Below, piece by piece: positions 28,697 through 41,348 of a stretch of 64,000 nt of DNA. The translations under genes and the position numbers were made by a program. This stretch comes from Spironucleus salmonicida (taxonomy: Eukaryota). Below the pieces are notes generated by a model that was given only the letters and a program-made list of their open reading frames with translations, was not told the DNA's origin and searched no databases. Within the stretch, counting starts at the first letter, position 1. Every line of letters begins with the position of its first letter. The DNA lies in NCBI RefSeq assembly GCF_000497125.1, contig NC_090602.1, forward strand, positions 1,054,001 through 1,118,000, written 5' to 3'.

Positions 28697-29460
28697 TGTA
28701 AACGCAGTGATGTTGTTTGATCATATATGTATCATAAAATTATTTCCTTATGCTCACAACGCTTTTTAAATATATTCAGTAACCTAGCAACATACTATGT
28801 AATATAATATTAAAATAATATCAAAGTTTAATAATCTTAAAGTTTTTGGTTTTTATAAACTTATAATTACATTATATAATACCCAATTTGCAGTACTCTT
28901 AGTATCAGTTACAATTGTAAATAAGTGATTATCCATATATTATGATAAACTGATAATATTGATAAGAAGTGAATATTTCAAAATGATGATGAAGACATCT
29001 AGGACTGGTACTTATTTCCCCCCTAAATATTAGTCCAGCAAATCATTGATAACCATGGCATCACCAAAGCTTATTACTTAGATAGCAGCTCGCCATTAAA
29101 GTTAAAAGATGGAGCACCTATTTATATTTAGTACTGACGAAGAATCCTGCTATTCTGAGCATCCACTGTCTCTAATAAAATTTATCGATTGAGTTTCTAT
29201 TTTATCTAATTAAATGAGGTTAGATCGCGAATTAACGATGCTTATTAACAAAATACTCGGTTAATCACTCTTAATTTCCAAAGTATACGTAGTGAAGTAA
29301 CTATTATTTTTATTAATATCATATATGAATTAGTTTTAAAATTTAAGAATTATCATTTTATCATATAAGTAAACATTCTACCTGTTTGTCTAATGTGAGC
29401 ACTGCTACTTTCCGGGCTTACAAAATGCTACAACTTCTAACTCTCATAACCCCAATTATC

Positions 29461-31725
29461 TCACTCTTGCAGCCCCAACTGGCCCTCACATTCCTCAATT
29501 ATTTATTCAATTTCAGTTTTCCACTCCATGTCCACACCACAATTTTTATAGCAAAATTGTTCAAAAAGTTCCTAGTTCCAGTCAAATTAGTCTAGATTTT
29601 TGCTCGCCTGAATGTTCGAAAACTCGGCATCAAACTTCACAGATTTTAGCACAGCATTTGCGTAAATAAGCCAAGGCTCATTCTTTGTCGACTTAAATGA
29701 TACTTCACTGAGCTATTTCAGACTCGCCAGCATACTCGTTATGTCATTGTTAATTTTTAGATTTTCCTGATTCTTTTTATACAATTAAATTCTCTCATGC
29801 AAATAATTTTTAATATCTTTTATCATTTATTTTATATAATATTGATAAATTCCGAAATTTAAATTTTATTTCCCTTTCAAAATTTATACGGCATTTTCTA
29901 TTTAATTATTTTATATATAATATTTAACTTTTGCCAAATTAAAAATTTCGTTTTTGTTATCGCAGAAGTACCCAAAATCTTAACTGTTGATTTTTGAACC
30001 CAAACAAGTGAATATGAGCTATATAGAGAGCATTTCGACTTCGTTGGAGCAGTTACGCAGAAAATCGAAACTACTCAATACGCATTATTATATCTTTTAA
30101 GCCCTGAATTCGTCGAACTCGAAAACGCTCAGAAACGCGACGACAACCATTACAAGCTGCCGACTTTCGCGAATTCCGCTTCCTCCAACGAGCTCCAAAA
30201 CCAGCTTTTCGACGTCGCTGCGTACCTTCTCGGAATACTTCGAAAACAGCACTTTAGAGCGCTTCAAATCTGCGATTTTGAGCAGATTTTCTCTGTTCAA
30301 CTCGAAGAATTTCCAGTGCAAATTGTTCAGAGAAATTTTAGTGAGCAGCAAATTCGCAATCAAAATCCTCGAAAGATCGTCCGTTTTTCGCTGAAGTTGA
30401 GTTGTGAAGCGGGAAATTATATATTAGTTCTTAATATCAAATAATAAGAAGAAATTATGAATTTGTTTTGTAGAAAGTTTTTCGAATCCGTCAAAATCGC
30501 TTTTTGCGTATTTAAGGGGATTAGCAAGCGTTAGCAATGACAATTTGAAGCTAGTATCAAATTGCATGCTAAAAGCAAGCTAAAATGCGTAAATTGAAAT
30601 GTGTTCTTTAAGTTTTTTACTAATTTTTTGCTATTTTACAGCTAGAAAAACATTGTATACCAGTTAAAATGCGTATTAAGAATTTGTATATTGTGAATAG
30701 TTCAAAATCGCTTCTAAATTCGTTTCTGAAGGTGAGAAAAGATCGAAATTAGGAATTTGTTCGTCTGGTAAATCGTTCAAATCTGAAAATGTGTAAATGC
30801 CTTATTTCGAGCTAAAACAAACCAAACTGGCGATTGCGAGGCTCTTCGCTAGCTTTTTATCTGCGTGCAAAACGAGGCTCAAATTATGGAAAACAGGGCC
30901 CAAAACGCTGCAAATTGAGCGTACACTGTACTAAATTTTGGCCCAATCAGTAACAAATTTTATTACAATTTCATTTTCCATTCCTAAAATAGGATACTTT
31001 TAAAACGAAAAATTTGACATTTCGCGGAAAATATGTGTGCAATTAGATGAATTTGCAAGCTTTTCGCCAGTTTTATCGAAGAGAAATTGGGAGGCAACCA
31101 ACCAGTGCGCCTTGTTCAGTATTTAGATTTCCTAGCTAATAGACAATTCACTGTTTTGGATGCCTAGTCTTGAAAAGTGGGTTTTCTCATTCAGAACTAT
31201 ATTTTTGTCGATTTTTTTGCTGAAAGTTTGCTCAAGTTTATAAACATCTGGTGAGTGTTCAATAATTGGCTGTTATTATATAATATTAACAATAGTTTAT
31301 ATTTCTGGTGATAGTTGAAGTGGTTCAAGTTTCTTGAATTGGAAGGTTTGGATGAAGTTTACACTGAGTGCAGTAGTTACAGCTGGGTTAATATTGTTTT
31401 TCTCGAGCATCTGAAGCTGCTATGCAATTTATACGTAATTTTAACTTCGGTGGTTAAATTCGGCAGTTAGTAGGATCTGCAGGAACTATTTTTAAAAAAT
31501 AATGGAACATGTATAGTTGACATCCTTTTTGGCTATTCTATATACTGTTCTGACGATATCTAAGCGATTTAGCTTAGAAGCTGAAGCGGCTGCTAAAAGG
31601 AGTGATGGGGGTGTAGGACGATATAATGTTAATAATGCAGTCGCAATTTTTAATGCAGATTTAAAGTTTTAAGCTTTGAAAAAATGATACGAGGCCTAGA
31701 CTAAAGATTATGGAGGATAAGCCAT
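29461..31725 (-). CDS. Hypothetical helical protein, ~754 aa
   Basis: Table-6 ORF MAYPPQSLVQ... joining the 30097 fragment; frame checked at several points only. Confidence 0.7.
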
Positions 31726-32661
31726 ATTGGAAGGGACTAGTGAAAAGTAAAATAATATGTTATTATATACGAAATATTATAAATTATGGAAGAGGATAAT
31801 TTAATTATTGATATTGGCAAGACTGTATGTACATAATATAATGGGATATATCATATAATCAAATTACTAATCAAAATAGGGCATTTCATTCTGAATTTTC
31901 TTCTTAAATAACGGCTTTGAAATATATGTTCAAAATTTAATGAGTTACATGTACTATTTGGTCTTCATGCTCCTATTTAATAATATTTTAGAAATATTAC
32001 TGTTGATTTTGCTTCTTCTTGTAACTATAAGTTTCAATTAATTTTAATCTCATTTGGAATCAATATGTTTAAATAATTATATATGTAACCTATTTTCAAT
32101 AAATTTTATATAATATGTAGTACTATCATTATTGTATATTAATCTATTGTCTAAATTCTAGTAGCAGGTAAATTTAACTCTCTTATTTTGAAAATTAAAG
32201 TATTATCAGATATTATACTGATTTATTTTTTCAAACAGAATTAGAATCTTAAATTTATGATGACTCTGTAGAGCATAAACAAATTTAAAAGCTATTATTT
32301 ATACTATCAATATCAGATATAAGATGTGTTAAATGAAAATGTTCGAATTATTTCATAGACTATACCTTTTCGTATTTTTACTTTAGCCGTAATCGCATTT
32401 AAGTAAAGCGGCTAACTAAAAAAATAACGAAATATACTCAATGTATAGTATGGTTCCATTATTTTTTTTTGTATATCAGTTTTTATATAATGTTAATAAT
32501 ATTAAATATAGACATTTAGGGTTTTTACATATACTTTATATTTAAATATTTATCATATATAGTATACAATGATATTATTTTTAAAGTTAAGAAAAGTTTT
32601 TGATATATAGAGTTGTTATCATTTTATAAACATTTTCGATAGACAACAATTACCGACGCAC

Positions 32662-33348
32662 TCACTTTCTTTCTAATTCCCTATAATTTCTACCACTCAT
32701 AGTAAACCCAGCATTAGGAGTCTTTTCTCTAATTTCATATTACCCTACACCAGGATTGGAGTTATCTCTAAATACATCACGACTTTTCGCTCGAGGAATG
32801 ATTGAAACAGGTGCTTTCTATATACGAGAATTTGTTGAATCGTCATTTTTGACTTCATATTTATTTGGACCTGGATTGATATTTTCTGGCGCTTTTGGCC
32901 TTTATCGCATTGTATATGATGGTGCAGATTTTTTATTAGAAAGTTAATGATATTCAGTACCACTTAAATTTAATTCACCAGAAGTTTTCAGTTTATCTTT
33001 AGAATATTTAAAAGACATTGTTGATGATTTTTACGAAAAACATGAAGGAAGCTGATATGACCCAGGCCCAACAGATACAGGTGTTTACGGCTTGATTTAT
33101 ACACGTTTTGTAGTCGAAAAAATAACCTTACCTGATAGTGATCTTCTTAAATTAGCATCTGCAGGAGATGCTTAAGATAAATTTTTAGTTGACAAAGAAT
33201 TAGACAGGGAATTCCTAGTTGATATTGATTAAGCTGGAGGTCTTCTAAATGCAGATGTATTTTTATATGAATCTAGTGTATTAGAATCTGCTGGAGATGG
33301 CTTTATTGACCTATCTGCAATTTATTATGTTGATGTGAATGCGGACAT
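32662..33348 (-). CDS. SHIPPO / sperm-tail PG-rich repeat protein (axonemal, ODF3/STPG-like)
   Basis: PSPAD, VGPGSY, PGPNKY, PGVGQY repeats with YTMR and FTMSGR. Confidence 0.8.
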
Positions 33349-33524
33349 TTTAGAAATTATATTATCATATAAATCATATATCAAATAAAATAATAGTGTA
33401 TAAATAACTTTATAATACAATTTACTATTTATATTATAGAGGTTATTTAAATGAGTTTTTAGATTCATCGTAGACCTTAAAATTAATCTAAGATGGATAA
33501 TCAAAACATGAAGACCTAAATCAA

Positions 33525-33731
33525 TCACTTTTTTGATTTCTTTGATTTTGGCTTCTATGGATTCAGTTGTGTTGATACTACAGTTTATTTTTAAAATTCC
33601 TCTACACCTTAAATAACTATAGATTATACATTATAGTTTTCAATAAGCCATAATATAATATACAATGATAATAAACATACCACTGTCCATGTAAAAGTAT
33701 CAAGCATTCGAACATATGTGTCTTCTTTCAT
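33525..33731 (-). CDS. Small single-pass membrane protein, 68 aa
   Basis: TWTVVCLLSLYIILWLI segment, Lys-rich end, AAGTGA stop. Confidence 0.55.
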
Positions 33732-33981
33732 GATTAAGAAGTGGAACTATTATAAATATTAATATATAATACTTAGATAATAGCGCTAGTATCATTTTAT
33801 TATAATATTATATACTGTATAAGTTTATTATCTTAAAATTAATTTTATCTGCTAACTAGTAATATTTTGCTGTAAAGCTTATGTATTATTTGAAATTCTT
33901 AATTTCCTCCCATATTTTCAAAAAATATAACATTATTATATGGTAATATATTTAATAGCGCCACTTCATCTATCATTATAA

Positions 33982-35136
33982 ATGCTTATATTGCTAGCAT
34001 TAACAAAAAAAACAGTTGTTTAAACTCCAATTAAAGGCGTCAATGCATGGTTTTAGAATTTAAATGGTATAAATGAATTAGATGCAGCTAAAACTGCTCA
34101 TAGAATGGTTAAGGAGGGTTTCTTATCCGCTGGGTATAACTATTTTATTCTGCCGGATGGATTCCTTAAGGAGACGAGAAACGCAACAGGTTATCTTGTA
34201 GCTGATAAAGATAAGTTTCCTAAGGGAATAGCATCTTTTGTTGATTTTTTGCATGATAATGATTTAAAATTCGGTATTTTAATAGGTGCAGGAATTAAGT
34301 CATGTAGTGGAAGGCCAGGAATGTTAGGCAATGAAGAAAAGGATATTAAAACATTTGTGAGCTGGGGTGTTGATTTTATATCATATCAGCTCTGTGGAAG
34401 TGTAGAAGCAGATTTTAAGGAAAACAGCAATAGGGTTGCTAATTTACTCAATAAATCACTCAGAAAAATTGTTCTTGAAATTAATGATTATGGATAAACT
34501 AAATCTTGGACTTGGGCACCACAAATCGCACATTAATGGCGTACCACCAAGGACATTACTTATGTTAAAAATCAGTGTAACTTTTTGGATATTTTAGCAA
34601 ACTACGAGTAAAATGTAATTTTAGATAGTTTCTCAGGTGTTTCTGCATTCAACTTCCCGGATGCTCTGTGTACGGATATGCCTGGAATTTCAGATGCAGA
34701 ATCTAAGACACAAATGGCTCTTTGGACTATTATGAATTCCCCTTTGATTATTGCTGCGAATCTTGATAAAATGCTGCATAGCAACGTTATGAACTTAATT
34801 AACGAAAATATCGTTAGAATTCATTCTGACACTTTAACGATCGCAGGAAAAATTATTGCCTAAATTAATGGCATAGACGTAATCGCGCGTCCACTTGATG
34901 ATGGATCTGTGGCCTTAGTTATTTTCAACAAAAACGAGTAACCTTAGAATATTTAGGTATCTCTCAAATAAATTAGCGATAACATTTAGATTGTTGACTC
35001 GGCTAAATGGACCAGTGCATCTTCATACTTAGTTACCGATGTTTGGACATGGGAAGAACAGAGTACTGGAAGCAAAATTAGTGTTATGGATCTTAACGGT
35101 CATAGTAGCGTTATGGTCATAGTGAAGCCTGAATGA
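33982..35136 (+). CDS. GH27 alpha-galactosidase-like protein with substituted nucleophile
   Basis: TPIKGVNAW, GYNYF, KFPKG, LKFGI, WGVDFISYQLC, WRTTKDI, QMALWTIMNSPL. Confidence 0.9.
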
Positions 35137-35399
35137 TTGCTTTTCTATTTTAAAAATATTATTTAAGATTATTTATTAATATATATATTCTAACTGTTTA
35201 TATAAACAAACTGTTAAAATAATTATACTATGATTATAAAATATTTCATTTAAATGAATAAAATCTACAGGTATAATATGAATAAGATTCATCAAGTAAT
35301 ATTTTTCTAAGACACGATTATTTTTAAATGAATGAACTGGTATAGTAATATCAATTATATCATATAGAGAAAATTTAGAAATCTACAGTTTTTAGTCAA

Positions 35400-35612
35400 A
35401 TGGACGCAATTTTAGAGCTAGAAAATGAATATTCTAGATACCTATAGATGAGAATTATAACACCAAGTTAACTTATAATTCTAATTCATGAGAATTTTAA
35501 AGAATTGAGACATATTAAAAGACGAGTGAAGATGGTATAGGCGAGAATTACAAAAATACGACTGGCAGAAGAATTTATTCTCAGTATGTAAGTTTCAATG
35601 TTGCGATAGTGA
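35400..35612 (+). CDS. Hypothetical protein, 70 aa
   Basis: Table-6 ORF ending TAGTGA. Confidence 0.5.
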
Positions 35613-35633
35613 TTTTTATACCATCACTTATAC

Positions 35634-38600
35634 TCAAATTTTAAGAAACCGCTTTTAAACCTCATTTCTAAGTTGATCTATTAGCCCAGCATCTAGTATC
35701 ATAGACAAATCAGCCCATTTCATAGACATAAATACAATCCCCAAAGACTCTTTCATTTATATATTACGACGTTTTTCGCACTCTAATTGGCCGCTAATCT
35801 TCACATATTCTGATTTTATTATTTTTGCAGCTTTCTGTGTTTTCCGTAAATTTATCTCCAGTTGTGAAACTTCTATATTCTATATTTATTTATACTCCTG
35901 TATATTGCTCTAAATTTCGTTCTTTAAACCATTCTTGATTACTGATATCCCATCATTTTCAAGCGAAAATAGTTCCCTATTAAATTCGTCTAACTTATTC
36001 TATTCTACAACTGACTTTGCTTGTTGAACCTTCATGATTTGAATATTTAATAGCTCCACAGTTTCTAGATTTTATTTTCTTTATTAATCAAGTAAAATAT
36101 TCAAATTTTGGATGTCATTATCTTTCTAAATTAGACGATTCTACAAACCAATAAACGAGTTCTGAGTAGCTTTATGTTAGAGTTTGAATACATCATTAAT
36201 ATCAAGCGTTATATCAGATTGTTATAGTGGAAGCTATGTGAGTTGCGAAATTTGTTCCTAAAGCTACTGGTTTTCTTCCTCTAAACCACGTATTCTTTCG
36301 TTTAGTGTTTTAATATATTTAACACAGTTTTGCAGTTCTTATTACTTATTCGTAAATTCTTGCCTCAAACTGCCAGATTTTTGAGTCTAGAGAGTCATTT
36401 TAGCGTTTTCCGAGGTTAAGTAATTCAGTTTCAGTTTTAATTATTCATATTAAGTATATTCAACCAAAAGCAATTCAGTTTATGTGAATTTTTAATTTTC
36501 TTCTGGATAAATATGGCAAGATGGAGGTGTTGGTGATGTAGCGGATGGGATGGAAATTGGTCTTTAAGCAATATTAATATTTTGATTGCTTTAATAATTT
36601 TACTATTTTTGTTATTGAGAATAAATCTACTATTAATAATGTGAATCGTTATTATACTAAGGAAATTATTATTGATTGAAATTTGGTTGCTGCTATATCT
36701 ATTACTGTGGGTATTACTGAGGATAATTTTATGTCTAATAAGGAGATTATGGATAAAATGGGGGATAAACAATAATTGGTTAATTGGAACCGAATTATTA
36801 AGGCAATTATTGCTATAATTAATATTATGGTTACTGACCTTATTATTAAAATTATTATTAAGACTATTAGTACTCAATTTATTGTTAATTTTTATTTTGA
36901 TTTAACTCTAACTGATATTACTCTAATTACTATTACAACTAGCCAGTTTTCAGTGATTTATTAAATGTGTTTTCAAACTCATCAAAATTGATGTCTGTTT
37001 AACAAACTTATTCAATTTAAACTTATTTAGCATTAGTTATTGGAGTCTCTTCTAAATCATGTAAAATATCTTTTGATTTGTCCGAAAGCAAAGAGTCTTA
37101 TAGTAATTGGACTTATTTTCTCAAGGACAGAGTATCCAACTCCAATCTTGCAACTTCTTTTTTATATAAATCAACTTATGTTTATAAGGCAGGGAATGTA
37201 ATTCTATGTGCAAGTCCTTCTTTACTATCAGCTTCAATATAGGGAGTGCTTTATTCTTTTATAATATTACCGCTATCCACTTAGTATATAAATTCACCAG
37301 TTTTCAAATAACCATCAAAATTGATAGTTTTTCCTAATTAATTTACAATATTATCCCCTTATATTTTATATTTCGATACGCCATTTTTAGATTTAATTTC
37401 AAACCAGCCATCTTTTGACATATCATATTATAAGTGATCATCTGATACTAGTGTATACTTATTTCTTTCATACACATGATTATCTTGATATTATGTTTAT
37501 TTATCCTCTTATAGAAGCATCGATTATCCATGCATTCCAATTAATCCGACTTAGACTTAAAAATCTTGAACATCAATTTCAACAAGTCTTCTTTTTCTTA
37601 ATTCTTCTTTTACTTCACCTACTTATTATTAAACATCAATATTAGTATTTTCACCTACAGTTTTCTTAAGCTTACGATTAAGCTTTTAGTTTTTATTTTG
37701 TAGTTCTTCGTTTTTCTCTTTTAAATCTATAATCTCATCCTATCGTTATGCTAAAACTAAATGCAGAGCGTCATATTCATTTTTTGCCTCTAATAAAGCA
37801 TTTTTAAGGTCATTCACATCATCTCCGAGTAAATCTTATATATCTTAGTACGATACTACTGTATCTTCTTTAGCTTATTCTAATAAACTTGGTTCTTCTA
37901 AAATAGTCTTATTTTTTATTAAATTAGTCATAAAACTAGGTGTAGTATTTTGTACTCGTTACATTGCTAGTTGTAGGTTACTTGGTATATCTTCTGCACC
38001 TAACATTGAAATTTTTGTAAATGATTTATTATTTAATGTAGTATTTTATTATTCTTATAATAATTAAGCTGACTTCTCACCTAATTATTTCCGAAGTAAA
38101 TTATTATCATTTTATAACCTCTTAATATCATTTTTTAACCCACTGAGTTCTTTAACCTCAGTTTAAAGTGCTGAAATACGACGCTTCATTTCGCTATATT
38201 ATACTTTTTCAAGAGATTTCGCACTAGGTACTACAAGACTATGATAAATCTCTTCTGGTCTTGGTTTATTTACATTGAGCATGCTCTCATTATTAACAGA
38301 TGTAGCTTATTATATTAGTGAGGTTGTTGAGTTTTATGTTTTCAATTATAACTGATATAATAAGTCTTAAACTTCACCCTCAAGCTATACAACAGTGTTC
38401 TCTAATGCTTATTTAACTTCTTCAAGAGCTTCCTTAGATTACATTTCTCCTGCAATTTATGTACTAAGTTAACTTACTTAATCTCCAAACTACCTCTTTT
38501 ATTACTAATTTTTAACCCTCAAACTCTCAATTATCTCTATTTATTTACTAATTAATTCCTTACTCTCTTAAACTGCTTTTTTAAATAAATTTTTATCGAT

Positions 38601-39338
38601 TTTTAAATCAGAAATCTAGTTTATTGTTTTTTAAGTTTCATTAAACTTTTCAATCTAAATAGTGGCAGTTTCATTTACTTCAATGACTTCTGGAGATGTA
38701 TCATCCAGAGCAAGATTTTCTAATGTTTATGGTTGTTATACTGGTTTATCAGTTTCTAACGCTAATTCTGCTTCTAAATTATTTTTACGTTCTTCAAGCT
38801 CAGCAATAATTTAAGTTAAATCTTAATTTTAGTCTTATAAAAAATCTATTTTATCGGCTTATGATGCTAAATTTTGTTAAAGCAATGATATTTCGTTCTT
38901 AAATTTTGTAACTTGGTCTTACAGAGATTGGTTTTCTTATAAAGTTTCCTTCGAAGCTGCTGCTGCTTTCTCTTCAGCACGGAGTTTTAAACCTGAAGAT
39001 TAAGCAGTAAGAGCATCACAGCGTTATTAAGCTGTAGAAAGTTCAGAATTTAGTGACATAATTTCTATATCTTTTGCTGAATTTTTTTCGTTAAGCTCAG
39101 CTATAATAGATTCATTCATTCTATTTGATTTATCGAGTTCAGCTTTATATTGAATATTTTCTTCTGTTAATTTTTTAATTTCTTCATGTAGTTTATGAAT
39201 TAAACCAGTTTAAGCTCCACCCTACGCATTTGTAGTAGAGTTGCTCATAGATTATGGTTATTTAATATTACTTGGGATTGGCCTCTAACCAGGTGCAACT
39301 GGTTTTGCACCAGTAGAAGGTCCAGGCTTTTTCATCAT
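35634..39338 (-). CDS. Large coiled-coil protein, ~1234 aa, with a Gln/Asn-rich low-complexity region
   Basis: ATG (MMKKPGPSTG) and TGA in the same frame; heptad-rich; Q-runs encoded largely by TAA. Not checked codon by codon. Confidence 0.75.
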
Positions 39339-39392
39339 TTTGGATTTTTATAATATATAGTAATCTTATATATTATACTATGGATATATAAA

Positions 39393-40229
39393 ATGTCTGA
39401 AATTTCACTATTTTCCAATCATATCGATTTGTGCATTCCTGCATCTGATTCGTTTAGTTTTACTTCATCTTCTATAAAAGTATAATAAATAAATCCTAAA
39501 TTAAAATAATTTATATCTAAAGTTCCACTTGTGATTTAAGTATTTGCACAGCTATTTTTCGGATTAGCTATTGGTACTTTTCTATCATTATTAATATTTG
39601 ATGTTACATCGTCTATGAATTACACGATAGTAGTTCCATAAAAATGTCCTTTATCTTATACATAAGTAAAGTATACTGATATTTATTAATTACCAGATTC
39701 ACTATTAAGAACATCTAGAATTCTTTAAACTATACTTTTTATGAACAAACCGAGAATTTATTAACGAACTGTTTGTTTAAAGAAAGAAGATGCAGTTTTT
39801 AATTTGCTTAACTAGACATTTGGAAATATTTATACGTTTCCATAATTTTTAAATCTTAATTAAGGATAATAAGACTATGTTATAATGAAATTATATAATG
39901 AAAATTAATATTTCAATGGGTAAATCATTGAAAAGCCGAAGGTAAATTTAACATTTTTAATATTACTTATTCCGTGTATTCCTTCCATATGGCTAGGAAT
40001 AGCTATTCTATTTGAAAAAGAGTCGCACTATTTATACAATAGGGTTTTGGAAACGCTTAACAATTAAAGAATCAGAAAAATGGCAGGGTTTGATGAAAAG
40101 TTGTAAAAAAGTGAGGTAAGAGCATGGACAATAAATCCAATATTTAGAAGATTTGAATATCTAGTGAACGGAGAAGATATATTATTAGAAGAAGGTGTGT
40201 ATAAATTGCTTGCTGATAAATAAAAGTGA
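39393..40229 (+). CDS. Hypothetical membrane protein, 278 aa
   Basis: Two hydrophobic segments; AAGTGA stop. Confidence 0.7.
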
Positions 40230-40238
40230 GAATTTTTT

Positions 40239-40940
40239 TCATTTAACTAATGAGGACTCCTCATCGGTATCCATATTCTACAAAAATTTAATAACTTGCT
40301 CTAGAACACAATAATTATCATCTTTTTCATCTGAAGTACTACTAAATAGTTCTCCAATTAAATCTTATACTGGCTTATCTATTTGAATTCCAAATTTTTA
40401 CTAATTAATTTATTCTGTATTTGATATTTTTTAAAACAAATCGTCAAATATTGATTCTTTTTATGTTGAATATAATTAATCTGAAATAATTTTACTGGAT
40501 TATTGTTTAGACGTTTATATTTTAGTAGTAACATTTTTAAGTTAGTGATAAAGAAAAGAATAAACTGTTTGAAGATGAAATTTCTTATGTGGATATTTTT
40601 CATAAAATTTAGCTATTGCATCATTTATCATTTTCTTTTGGTCTGTTTTAGCTGTCGTCAATGCAAAAATTTCTTGTAAAGTTTCTACTAGTTCTGATTT
40701 ATAATGCGTAATATTCTCATAAAATTACTTAACATATGTATTGTGGAAATAATCGTGCGCTTGTTTTGCCTTTATGTCTAGGGTTTATCCAACGTCTACC
40801 CATATACCTCTTCTTTACTGCTCTGTTAAATTTTAAGATGCTTGGAACACATCATTACTTGAAATTATTTGTTATTGCAATCGTTCTTATAAACATAACG
40901 CTAATGCTTATGGAAAATTCTCTTACCATTTATGCTTCAT
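40239..40940 (-). CDS. Hypothetical HTH/Myb-like protein
   Basis: RRGIWVDVGQTLDIKAKQAHDYFHNTYVKQFY; same pattern as 15513-16061. Confidence 0.7.
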
Positions 40941-41348
40941 TTTAATAACTTAAAGTTAGATTAAATCATTATATATTGAATAAAACCCTAATTTATATTT
41001 GTATATATATAAGATGAAATTTTTAATAATTGCGCATATAATTAATATTAATTTGTATTCAAACTAAATCTATAGAAAAATATGAATCTTTTATTTCTAT
41101 AATATATAAAATTTAATACCAAAAATATTTCTAAAAATTTCAAAACCCAGCTTAAAAATTACGAACATTTGAGATATTGGTTTATATATTCTCCAATATT
41201 ATTTTAGTTATATATTATTATTTAAACTTTAAGTTAATTCAATTCTCCTATTAATTGTGTTTCTATGATGTTTTTCTTTATGATTTATATCATTATTATT
41301 CTTAAATTTAGGTGGGTAAAAAATAGTGTAATAACATTAAATCAACAC

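Noticed and set aside
36437-36964. Asn/Ile-rich ORFs 36437-36877 and 36776-36964
   Set aside because: Off-frame or antisense readings of the Gln-rich (TAA/CAA) region of the 35634-39338 gene.
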